A stretch of 64,000 bases of DNA from Candidatus Parcubacteria bacterium (GTDB lineage Bacteria > Patescibacteriota > Minisyncoccia > Sungbacterales > SURF-37), in the NCBI GenBank assembly GCA_003599755.1, contig QZJO01000013.1:27729-91728 (forward strand), read 5' to 3'. A program made the position numbers and the translations under genes. Positions 1-9,463 of this stretch are shown here, piece by piece. Each line of letters begins with the position of its first letter. The first letter of the stretch is position 1. The notes beneath the pieces are model-generated. The model saw nothing but the letters and a program-made list of their open reading frames with translations, made no database searches and was not told the origin of the DNA.

Positions 1-247
1 CCGGACGCTGGGATGGTTTTGGGCGCAGCTGATCCGTACGCTCGGCCTATTGCCGTCCGCGGCATCATCCGAAGCGGCGGATGCCGCCGAACTGCTCGCG
101 CTCGGCGGCGCAGGACTTGCCGAAGCGCTTGCGCGGCCGTACGATGCGGGGCGCGTGGAAGGGGAACTCACCGCGCTGCGCCGCCAATTTGATCAATCAT
201 TTTTTATGCCGCGCTCTCCCCTCATGGCGAGCCGGGCGGTATACTAG
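1..247 (+). CDS. 3' end of a gene entering from upstream of the window (hypothetical protein, C-terminal fragment)
   Basis: The frame is open from position 2 with no stop until TAG at 245-247. The ORF track lists only the Met-initiated part (50..247). No recognisable motif. Confidence 0.3.
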   Translation, partial: RTLGWFWAQLIRTLGLLPSAASSEAADAAELLALGGAGLAEALARPYDAGRVEGELTALRRQFDQSFFMPRSPLMASRAVY

Positions 248-251
248 CGCT

Positions 252-2162
252 ATGGCCGGACTCGACAAACTCCGCGAAGCAATCTATTCCCGCGATTTCA
301 AGGAGCCGACGCGCTCGCCGGAAGGCGAGCTGCCGCCTGAAGCGCTGCAGGAATCGGCAAAGCCCATACCGCGCTCCTGGACGGAACGCCAGCCGAATGC
401 ATCCGCTCCGCTGGCGGCCGCAACGGGAAAACAGCGTCACTGGATCCGCAACGGCGTGATTATCGGCGTGGCTGCGATTTTAGTCGGCGGCGGCTGGCTC
501 GGGTATACGCTTTTTTTGGCGACCTCTGATGTGGGATTTTCGATCGAAGGGCCGAAAGAAGTTTCGGCCGGCGAACCGACCGTGTATACGATCCGCGTGA
601 CGAACCGTTCGAGCGTACCGCTCACCGAAGTATCCGCGACGCTGACATTTCCGCCCGGCACGATTACGCCCGACAGTATGGAAATTCCGTTTTCGGCCCC
701 GCGCATCCGCGTGCCGATCGGCGACGTTCCGGCGGGCGAACGCACGGAACGGGAAGTCCGGGTGCAGCTCGTAGGCCAGGCCGGCCACATGCATACGATT
801 GCGGGCCTTTTGTTGTACCGGCCGGAAAATATCTCATCACAGCTGACGCGCGAGACCGATATGACCACCACCATCGCGCGCGTACCCATCGCGGTCAGCG
901 TGGACGTACCCGAACGAATCAGCTCCGGCCAGGAGGTGAAGATGATCATTGCCGTGGACTCAGAATTATCAGTCGTGCTGCCGAACATGTCGCTTGGCGT
1001 CGAATTTCCCGCGGGGTTCGTGTTCGATCGCGCGGAACCCGATCCGATCGCGCCGAATAAACCCATTTGGTCGCTCGGAGAGCTCGTCGGCGGCCAATCG
1101 CGCACCATTACGGTCTTCGGGACGCTTGCCGGCGAGCCGGAAGAAGCGAAGCCCTTCCGCATGCGCGTTGGTCAATATGAAGCGGCGAATGATCGGTGGC
1201 TTGCGGTCATTGAGCATACGCAAACGCCATTGATCGCGTCGCCGTTTTTGCTCGCGCAGGCCACGCTTAATGGCGCCCGCGGCGGCGCGCTGCAACCGGG
1301 CACGCGCGTGACCGGTAGCGTATTTTATCGGAATAATTTGCCCGATCGCGTCGAGAATCTTACGGTTTCGGCTTCGTTCCCGGAGAATCTCGTGGATTTG
1401 CGCTCGGTTCGGGCCGAACGCGGCTTTTACGATGTCGGAAAGAAATCGCTGGTTTGGAATCCGAGTTCGGAATCCCGGCTGCGGGAGCTTGCCGCGGGCG
1501 GAGAGGGAACGCTCGCCTTTTCGTTCGAGCTTAAGCAGGCATTGCCGATCAATTCATTTGCAGACAAAAATTTTTTGTTCCCCGTCATCACGCTGATCGA
1601 TACAGCCAATCCGCCGCCGGCGTACCGGGGGATTGAGCTCGGCTCGGAGGACCGGATCGAATACCGGATGGCCTCGGTCCTTGGCCTGATCGGCCGCACG
1701 ACGTATTATGAATCTCCGTTCCCGAACACCGGCCCTCTGCCGCCCAAGGTGCGCGAGACGACTACCTATACGGTATTTTGGGAGCTGACCAGCGGCGGCA
1801 ATGATCTGCGGGATGTAGAGGTGCGCGGCGAACTGGCTGCGGGCGTCGAATGGCGGGATCAGGTGACGAGCGATTTGGGAACCGTTACGTTCAATCCCGC
1901 GACGCACGAAGTCATCTGGCGGATCCGCGATCTGCCGGCCGCAACCGGGGTGCTGCGCGCCCCGATCCGCGCCGCGATCCAGGTTGCCATTGCTCCCGCC
2001 GAGAACCAGATCGGTACCAGTCCGAATCTCTTGCAGAACGTGCGCGCGAGCGGCCGGGACCTTTTTGCCGACGTCACGCAGGACGTAACCGTTCCGAACG
2101 TATCCACGGAATTGAAGAGCGACAGCCAAAGCAAGCAAATCGAATGGCGAGTCGCGCCGTAA
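252..2162 (+). CDS. Large membrane-anchored protein with repeated beta-rich (DUF11/CARDB-like) domains; hypothetical surface protein
   Basis: ATG at 252 (MAGLDKLREAIYS) directly after the upstream stop. Single N-terminal TM helix (IIGVAAILVGGGWLGYTLFLA) followed by about 550 aa of repetitive 'GEPTVYTIRVTNRSSVPLTEV'-type segments. ORF track 81..2162, trimmed to the first plausible ATG. Confidence 0.55.
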   Translation: MAGLDKLREAIYSRDFKEPTRSPEGELPPEALQESAKPIPRSWTERQPNASAPLAAATGKQRHWIRNGVIIGVAAILVGGGWLGYTLFLATSDVGFSIEGPKEVSAGEPTVYTIRVTNRSSVPLTEVSATLTFPPGTITPDSMEIPFSAPRIRVPIGDVPAGERTEREVRVQLVGQAGHMHTIAGLLLYRPENISSQLTRETDMTTTIARVPIAVSVDVPERISSGQEVKMIIAVDSELSVVLPNMSLGVEFPAGFVFDRAEPDPIAPNKPIWSLGELVGGQSRTITVFGTLAGEPEEAKPFRMRVGQYEAANDRWLAVIEHTQTPLIASPFLLAQATLNGARGGALQPGTRVTGSVFYRNNLPDRVENLTVSASFPENLVDLRSVRAERGFYDVGKKSLVWNPSSESRLRELAAGGEGTLAFSFELKQALPINSFADKNFLFPVITLIDTANPPPAYRGIELGSEDRIEYRMASVLGLIGRTTYYESPFPNTGPLPPKVRETTTYTVFWELTSGGNDLRDVEVRGELAAGVEWRDQVTSDLGTVTFNPATHEVIWRIRDLPAATGVLRAPIRAAIQVAIAPAENQIGTSPNLLQNVRASGRDLFADVTQDVTVPNVSTELKSDSQSKQIEWRVAP

Positions 2163-2173
2163 TCAAAACCAGC

Positions 2174-3505
<1,332 letters not shown>

Positions 3506-3520
3506 CCGACGTCCATCCCT

Positions 3521-4792
3521 ATGTTCAAGAAGGTAGCGCTCCCCAACGGTTTACGGATCCTGACCGCACCGATGCAGGGCACCAATACGGTGACCACATT
3601 TGTCATGTGCGGGACCGGCTCGGACCACGAGACCGAACCGCAAAGCGGCATATCGCATTTTTTAGAGCACATGTTTTTCAAAGGCACGACGAAGCGGCCG
3701 AACCACTTGGCGATCACCAAGGAGCTCGACCGCATGGGCTCGGCCTCGAACGCCTTTACGTGGCACGAAACTACGGGATACTACGTGAAGGCCGGCGCCA
3801 TCCATTTTGACCGGGCGATTGATCTTCTGGCCGACATCTACCGGAATTCCCGATTTCCCGAAGAAGAGATGGAAAAGGAAAAGCGGGTGATCATCGAGGA
3901 GCTGCATATGCGGCGGGAAATCCCCACGAGCTATATCTGGCGCCTGTGGGAAAAGACGTTGTACGGCGATTCGCCGGCCGGCCGCGAAGTCGGCGGCACC
4001 GAAGAAACGGTGCAGGCGATTCGGCGTGAGGACTTGGTTAAATACTTCGAAAGTCAGTACGTCGCGCCCAATACCGCAGTCGTAGTTGCGGGCAAAATCG
4101 ACGAGGACGCGGCCGTGCGGCGCGTGGCGGAATTATTCTCCGATATTCGCGCCGGCGCGCCGCATCCGGCGCCCGCGTTTGTGCCGCGGCAGGCCGCACC
4201 CATTCTCATGCCCGAGGCGCGGACGATCGACCAAACGCACACGGTCATCGGTTTCCGGGGGTATGACGCGTTCCATCCGCGGCGCTGGGCCGCCGAGATG
4301 CTCGCGATCGTGCTCGGAGGATCGTGGAGCTCGCGGATGTTCGTGCGCGTGCGCGAGGAGCTCGGGCTCGCGTACACGGTATCGTCGTCGAGTTCGAACT
4401 ATAAGAACCGCGGCTCGTTCGAGACATATGCGGGCGTGAGCCATCACAATCTCGCCAAGGCCATCGAGGCGATCCTGGCCGAATACCGCCGCGTTCGCGA
4501 AGAGCCGATCGCGGCCGAAGAGCTTGCCGATGCACGCGAATTCCTCAAAGGCCGGATGCTTATGGAATGGGAGACCTCCGAGGCGGTCGCGGATCATGCC
4601 GCGGGCGAAGAAATGCTGACCGGCGATCCGTTGACCATCGAGGAAGTATTTGCGAGGATCGATGCAATCAAGCCGGCGGATCTGGCCGACGTTGCCCGAG
4701 ACCTCTTCCGGCCCGACCGCCTCAATGTCGCGATTTTGGGTCCCGAACCGACGTTCGGGGATCCGCAAGCCCTCATCAACCGATTCGCCTGA
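3521..4792 (+). CDS. M16-family zinc peptidase (insulinase-like; HxxEH motif HFLEH)
   Basis: GISHFLEHMFFKGT... is the inverted zinc-binding motif of M16 peptidases. 423 aa. Confidence 0.8.
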   Translation: MFKKVALPNGLRILTAPMQGTNTVTTFVMCGTGSDHETEPQSGISHFLEHMFFKGTTKRPNHLAITKELDRMGSASNAFTWHETTGYYVKAGAIHFDRAIDLLADIYRNSRFPEEEMEKEKRVIIEELHMRREIPTSYIWRLWEKTLYGDSPAGREVGGTEETVQAIRREDLVKYFESQYVAPNTAVVVAGKIDEDAAVRRVAELFSDIRAGAPHPAPAFVPRQAAPILMPEARTIDQTHTVIGFRGYDAFHPRRWAAEMLAIVLGGSWSSRMFVRVREELGLAYTVSSSSSNYKNRGSFETYAGVSHHNLAKAIEAILAEYRRVREEPIAAEELADAREFLKGRMLMEWETSEAVADHAAGEEMLTGDPLTIEEVFARIDAIKPADLADVARDLFRPDRLNVAILGPEPTFGDPQALINRFA

Positions 4793-4795
4793 TTT

Positions 4796-5857
4796 ATGGC
4801 CCTCGAACGCATCTCCTTGGATATCTCGTATACTTCGTATATACGGGCCGTGATCGTCGTCGCGGTTACCGTCGCGCTGGTATATCTGTCGCAAATCATC
4901 GTGGCCCTCTTGTTCGCCATGGTCATCGCGTCGGGCATCGAGCCGGGCGTGCGCTGGTTTGCGCGCTACCGCGTGCCGCGCATTGCCGCGGTGCTCTTGA
5001 TCTACGTCATTGCCATTGCGGTTCTCGGCACCGCGCTCGCGCTGGTTTTGCCGCCGCTGGTCGATGAGTTCACGGCGTTTCTCGATGACTTTCCGCGTTA
5101 CCAGCGGGTCCTCCTCCAGGAGCTGCGCGCGTTTGAGGATCTGCCGTTCTACACGTATTTTTCGGAAAACGCGCAGCAGTTTATTTTGAACCCGCCGTTT
5201 GACCTGCGCACCGTCGGTTCAAGCGCCCTGGATCTTATCGTCGCGTTCTTCGGCGGCATCGGGTCCGCACTGATTCTCCTGGTGGTTTCGTTTTACCTGG
5301 CGAGCCAGGAGCGGGGGATCGAACAATTTCTGCGTCTGGTCACGCCCCTGCGGAGCGAGGAATATGTAATCGGGCTTTGGCAGCGCACGCAAACTAAACT
5401 CGGGCGATGGCTGCGCGGCCAACTCATCCTCGGTCTGATCATCGGCGTGCTCGTCTATTTCACGCTGATCATCCTCGGCGTTCCGTACGCATTCACGCTC
5501 GCGCTGTTGGCCGCGGTGTTGGAATTGGTGCCGATCATCGGCCCGATTCTGGCGGCGATCCCCGCGGTATTTTTCGGATTCCTCGATTCACCGGTCCGCG
5601 GCCTGGTGGTTGCGGCGGCATACGTGCTGATCCAGCAAATCGAGAGCCATTTGTTGGTTCCGCTCGTGATGCGTCAGGCCTTGGGCTTGAATCCGTTGAT
5701 CGTGATCATCGGGCTTTTGGCCGGCGCGAAACTGGGCGGTATCATCGGCATGTTTCTTGCCGTGCCGCTTGCTTCGGTGATTGCCGAATTCCTCGTGGAC
5801 ACGGATCGCAAGCGGCGCGAAGTGCTCGCGGATCCGCGCCTGACCGGCCAGGGATGA
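4796..5857 (+). CDS. AI-2E family transporter (PerM/YdiK-like, UPF0118)
   Basis: Polytopic membrane protein; the LxxxxxExxPxxG-type region 'LLAAVLELVPIIGPILAAIP' is typical of AI-2E permeases. Confidence 0.65.
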   Translation: MALERISLDISYTSYIRAVIVVAVTVALVYLSQIIVALLFAMVIASGIEPGVRWFARYRVPRIAAVLLIYVIAIAVLGTALALVLPPLVDEFTAFLDDFPRYQRVLLQELRAFEDLPFYTYFSENAQQFILNPPFDLRTVGSSALDLIVAFFGGIGSALILLVVSFYLASQERGIEQFLRLVTPLRSEEYVIGLWQRTQTKLGRWLRGQLILGLIIGVLVYFTLIILGVPYAFTLALLAAVLELVPIIGPILAAIPAVFFGFLDSPVRGLVVAAAYVLIQQIESHLLVPLVMRQALGLNPLIVIIGLLAGAKLGGIIGMFLAVPLASVIAEFLVDTDRKRREVLADPRLTGQG

Positions 5858-5965
5858 GTAGCGGTTGGCAACGGTTTATGCTACGGTCAATAGGGCTTTC
5901 GGGCCCTATTTTTGATCCCTGCTCCGTGTAGCCGCTGTGCTACACTGGGCTAACAAGGGGCCTTC

Positions 5966-7429
5966 ATGACCAACACTGGCGGCAACAAATTTTATATCAC
6001 GACGGCCATCGATTACGTGAATGGCGCGCCGCATATTGGGCATGCGCTGGAGAAAATCCAGGCCGACGTCATCGCGCGGTGGCAGCGGAGCCGCGGCAAA
6101 GCGGTATGGTTTTTGACCGGGACCGACGAACACGGCTCGAAAATCGCCCGGCGCGCGGCCGAAGTCGGGAAAGAGCCGCAAGCGTTCGCTGATGAAAACG
6201 CGGCGATATTTCGCGATCTCAAGAAGGTGCTTGATCTGTCCTGGGATGATTTCATCCGGACGACCGACCGCGAACGCCATTGGCCCGGCGTGGAAAAACT
6301 CTGGCGCGCGCTCGCTGCGGCAGGGGATATATATAAGAAACGCTACGGGGGCCTCTATTGCATCGGGCATGAAGGATTTGTGACCGAGAAGGACTTGGTG
6401 AACGGAAAATGCCCTGATCATGGAACGGCGCCCGAAGCCATCGCGGAGGAAAACTGGTTTTTCCGATTGTCGAAATACGGGCCCCAGATCAAACGGCGGA
6501 TCGAATCCGGGGAACTGGCTGTTCATCCGCAGAGCCGAGCCAATGAAATCCTGGCGCTGATCGACCAGGGACTGGAGGACGTATCGTTTTCCCGGCCGCG
6601 CGAAACGCTTTCATGGGGCATTCCGGTGCCGGACGATCCGACGCAGACGATCTATGTCTGGTGCGACGCGCTGGCGAATTATCTGACCGCCGTGGGCTAC
6701 GGCCGGGATGACGCGAATTTCGCGCGATGGTGGCCGGCGGATCTGCACGTTATCGGCAAAGATATTCTCCGTTTTCATGCCGCCATTTGGCCGGGCATGC
6801 TGCTCGCGGCCGGCATTCCGCTGCCGCGTGCGATTTTGGTGCACGGCTTTCTCAATGTTGAGGGCCAGAAGATTTCCAAGACCCTGGGCAATGTCATTGC
6901 GCCGGGCGATATCGTACGCGAATACGGCACCGATCCGGTTCGCTATTATTTGTTGCGCGACGTGCCGGTCGGTGAAGACGGCAATTTCTCTCGGGCCGTG
7001 CTGAAGGAGCGATATAACGGCGATCTGGCCAACGGCCTCGGAAATCTGGTCGCGCGCGTGGGTGCGCTTGCCGAAAAGGCGGGTCCTTTGCCGGTGCCGT
7101 CAACGCATCCGCTGGCTGATGCGGTTGCTGCGGCTCGCGCGGGGCGCGAGCGCGCGCTGGGGGCGTATAAATTCAACGAGGCGCTTGCTGCGGTCTGGTC
7201 CTTGATCGGCGCGGCGGATCGGTATCTGAACGAAACCAAACCCTGGACGCTGGACGGCGCAGAGCTCGCTCGCGCCATCGCGCCCGCCGCGCTGGCGGTT
7301 GCGGCACTCGCTGAGCTTATCGAGCCGTTCCTCCCGAGCACCGCGGCCAAGATCGCCGCGGGAATCAGCCGCGAGGGCGATATCCTGGTCATACGAAAAG
7401 GCGAGGGACTGTTCCCTCGCCTTGCCTAG
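5966..7429 (+). CDS. metG: Methionine--tRNA ligase (short form, no C-terminal tRNA-binding domain)
   Basis: FYITTAIDYVNGAPHIGHA (HIGH motif) and KISKTLGNVI (KMSKS motif). 487 aa. Confidence 0.9.
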   Translation: MTNTGGNKFYITTAIDYVNGAPHIGHALEKIQADVIARWQRSRGKAVWFLTGTDEHGSKIARRAAEVGKEPQAFADENAAIFRDLKKVLDLSWDDFIRTTDRERHWPGVEKLWRALAAAGDIYKKRYGGLYCIGHEGFVTEKDLVNGKCPDHGTAPEAIAEENWFFRLSKYGPQIKRRIESGELAVHPQSRANEILALIDQGLEDVSFSRPRETLSWGIPVPDDPTQTIYVWCDALANYLTAVGYGRDDANFARWWPADLHVIGKDILRFHAAIWPGMLLAAGIPLPRAILVHGFLNVEGQKISKTLGNVIAPGDIVREYGTDPVRYYLLRDVPVGEDGNFSRAVLKERYNGDLANGLGNLVARVGALAEKAGPLPVPSTHPLADAVAAARAGRERALGAYKFNEALAAVWSLIGAADRYLNETKPWTLDGAELARAIAPAALAVAALAELIEPFLPSTAAKIAAGISREGDILVIRKGEGLFPRLA

Positions 7430-7464
7430 GACTGCCTCCAGCAGTCGCGTCGGTTGTGGATCTG

Positions 7465-7998
7465 TCAGGTGAATTCGCTGAACCCGGTACCGCGCCAGAG
7501 GACGGATCCCGGCCGCTCGGGTGCGGCATTGAAGCAGCCGGCATACGCCAGAAGCCGTCTGCCATTCGGCTTCTGGAAGAAAACCGGATACGCTCGTTCC
7601 AGCGGTTGGAGCGGTTCGCCGCAGGCGGTACAGCGCGATCGCGCCTCGATGTCGGCCGGAAGGCCTTTTTGGAGCTCGAAGTGCCGCTCGTTGAGACAGG
7701 CGCGGTGGATGAGCACGAGCCGGCCGGTGAGGCGGTCGCGCACGGATGCGATACCGGCTGCAGTATTTCGCACTGTCTTCGCGGGCGAGTGCGCCGGAGT
7801 GGATCCGGGCTTGCCCGGGTCATCGCAGAGCGCTGCGTGACAGATACGGCAGAGCTGATTCGCGCCGTTGGTTCTCGGACTCAAATTGTGCACGATGACG
7901 AGGCCGCGCGCCTCGGCGCACGCGCGGTGCGCGGGAATCCGTGCGGTGCGTGTTGCGTTGAGCGCGAGCACGAGGCGGAACGATCGGCCCATGGGCAT
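7465..7998 (-). CDS. Hypothetical protein with a C-terminal Mut7-C-like zinc-ribbon motif (RCTACGEPL ... SVLWRGTGF); strand assignment uncertain
   Basis: The minus ORF (track 7465..8208) is trimmed to Met at 7998 so it no longer overlaps tatD. The CxxC pairs and YW.G tail resemble the Mut7-C/DUF82 C-terminus. An exactly in-register antisense ORF exists on + (7456..8040), so either strand could be the real gene. Confidence 0.3.
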   Translation of the reverse strand: MPMGRSFRLVLALNATRTARIPAHRACAEARGLVIVHNLSPRTNGANQLCRICHAALCDDPGKPGSTPAHSPAKTVRNTAAGIASVRDRLTGRLVLIHRACLNERHFELQKGLPADIEARSRCTACGEPLQPLERAYPVFFQKPNGRRLLAYAGCFNAAPERPGSVLWRGTGFSEFT

Positions 7999-8047
7999 CA
8001 CCTCCGGTATGAGCGGTATGAGGAGCTGAAGCGAGTATAATCGATAT

Positions 8048-8875
8048 ATGTCCGGTATGAAACTGATCGATACGCATGCGCATATGCAGTTTCCCGCGTA
8101 TGACGCCGATCGCGCGGCCGTGTTGCAGCGCGCCCGCGACGCAGGCGTGGCCATGATCAACGTCGGCACGCAATATTCGACGTCGCAGGCGGCGATCGAG
8201 CTTGCCACGCGCGAAGGTCTTTGGGCGACGGCGGGATTCCACCCCGGGCATCTTGCAATCCAGAGCCATCACGATGCTCAAGAGCTTCGGGAACCGAATC
8301 AAGAGGAGTTTTCGGCCGCGCGCATCCGCGAGCTTGCCGCTCATGGGCGTATCGTTGCTATCGGCGAATGCGGCCTGGACTACTACCGATTATCCGGCGT
8401 CGATGTTGCGGCAGTGAAGCAGCGACAGCGCGAAGTATTTGGCGAGCAGATCGCGGTCGCCCGTGACATGAAAAAGCCGCTCGTCATCCATTGCCGCCAA
8501 GCGTTCGCCGACCTGATTGCGATTCTCAACGATGCGCGGCTTGCGATCACGCCGCAGGGAAACGGCGTGATTCATTTTTTCAGCGGCACGGCCGATGACG
8601 CCAAGGCGCTTTTGGATCTCGGATTTTTTCTGGGCTTCGGCGGCGTGGTAACGTTCGCGCGCGAATACGACGAGGCGCTGCGCTTTACGCCGCATGGTCG
8701 ATTGCTCTTGGAGACCGATGCGCCCTACGTCGCGCCGGTGCCGCATCGGGGCAAGCGCAACGAGCCGACATTTATCATTGAAACGGCGAAGAAAATCGCT
8801 GAACTGCGTGACATGGAGTTTGAAGAACTGGCTGCCCGGACCACAGCGAACGCGAAAATGCTCTTCGGTCTTTGA
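8048..8875 (+). CDS. tatD: TatD-family metal-dependent DNase/hydrolase
   Basis: LIDTHAHMQFPAYD... at the N-terminus; HCRQAF and FFLGFGGVVTFAR motifs of TatD/YcfH. 275 aa. Confidence 0.85.
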   Translation: MSGMKLIDTHAHMQFPAYDADRAAVLQRARDAGVAMINVGTQYSTSQAAIELATREGLWATAGFHPGHLAIQSHHDAQELREPNQEEFSAARIRELAAHGRIVAIGECGLDYYRLSGVDVAAVKQRQREVFGEQIAVARDMKKPLVIHCRQAFADLIAILNDARLAITPQGNGVIHFFSGTADDAKALLDLGFFLGFGGVVTFAREYDEALRFTPHGRLLLETDAPYVAPVPHRGKRNEPTFIIETAKKIAELRDMEFEELAARTTANAKMLFGL

Positions 8876-8880
8876 TTAAG

Positions 8881-8910
8881 AAATCGCCGCCAGCGCGGGC
8901 TGGCGGCGAC
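8881..8910. terminator. GC-rich hairpin (TCGCCGCCAGC-GCGG-GCTGGCGGCGA) between the convergent tatD and the minus-strand ORF; likely bidirectional terminator
   Basis: 11-bp perfect stem with a 4-nt loop, 6 nt after the tatD stop. A T-rich tract follows on the minus strand (rc: ...GATTTCTTAATC). Confidence 0.45.
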
Positions 8911-8932
8911 AAGGACTCCGAGGGTGCTGGGG

Positions 8933-9373
8933 TCAGGCGACGGCGGCGGGGGAGCGGGGGCCGAGCGGCGCGAACGCCGCGAGGAAGGCACTGATCGCTT
9001 CGAGATCGAGGAATGCGGCTGCCTCGAGGAACTGGTACGGATCTTCGTCGAACCGTACCAGTATCGCGTAGGCGATGACGAGCTCGGTGTTGAGCTCCCA
9101 GATGCCCTCGGCCGCTGGGGAGATGAAGGTGGTCTCCGTGGCGACGCCGTAGCGGAATGCGAGTACGCTGCGAATCTGGTCGCCGGCGAAACAGCTTATG
9201 GCGACTCCGTCACGCCGATCGTAGCGGATACTGATCGTGCCTCGGAGCTTGTTTTCGTGCAGCGTGTGCTCGCTGGAGAAACGGCCCATGAAGTGGCCGC
9301 ACGTGAAGATCTTCCCGGCTGCGTGGCGTATTCCTTGCTCGCCCCACTCGTGCGATTCCAGATACTGGATCAT
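8933..9373 (-). CDS. Hypothetical protein (146 aa)
   Basis: Minus-strand ORF between tatD and leuS with a mixed, protein-like composition (W/Y/H/F present). The in-register antisense + ORF 8924..9454 is Gly/Glu/Asp low-complexity and is judged the artefact. Confidence 0.35.
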   Translation of the reverse strand: MIQYLESHEWGEQGIRHAAGKIFTCGHFMGRFSSEHTLHENKLRGTISIRYDRRDGVAISCFAGDQIRSVLAFRYGVATETTFISPAAEGIWELNTELVIAYAILVRFDEDPYQFLEAAAFLDLEAISAFLAAFAPLGPRSPAAVA

Positions 9374-9463
9374 CCTGGCCCCTTTCGCGGCAACCGCGTT
9401 GCCGGTACCGGTACTTTCTGGTACGCTGGGTCTGTATTTATCACGTTTTCATAAGAAAGTCAA

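Noticed and set aside
1850-2173. N-terminal 100-aa extension of the glyQS ORF in the track (ORF starts at 1850)
   Set aside because: The extension overlaps the 3' end of the upstream surface-protein gene in another frame and is Arg/Pro-rich. Conserved GlyRS sequence begins at MTDRDRMEKIV (2174).
7456-8040. Plus-strand ORF of 194 aa between metG and tatD
   Set aside because: Exactly in-register antisense of the minus ORF. Glu/Arg/Gly-rich with no motif. The minus translation has CxxC pairs resembling a Mut7-C zinc ribbon. Kept as an alternative only.
8924-9454. Plus-strand ORF of 176 aa between tatD and leuS
   Set aside because: The N-terminal Gly/Glu/Asp-rich stretch is low-complexity; in-register antisense of a more protein-like minus ORF; it would run into the leuS promoter region.
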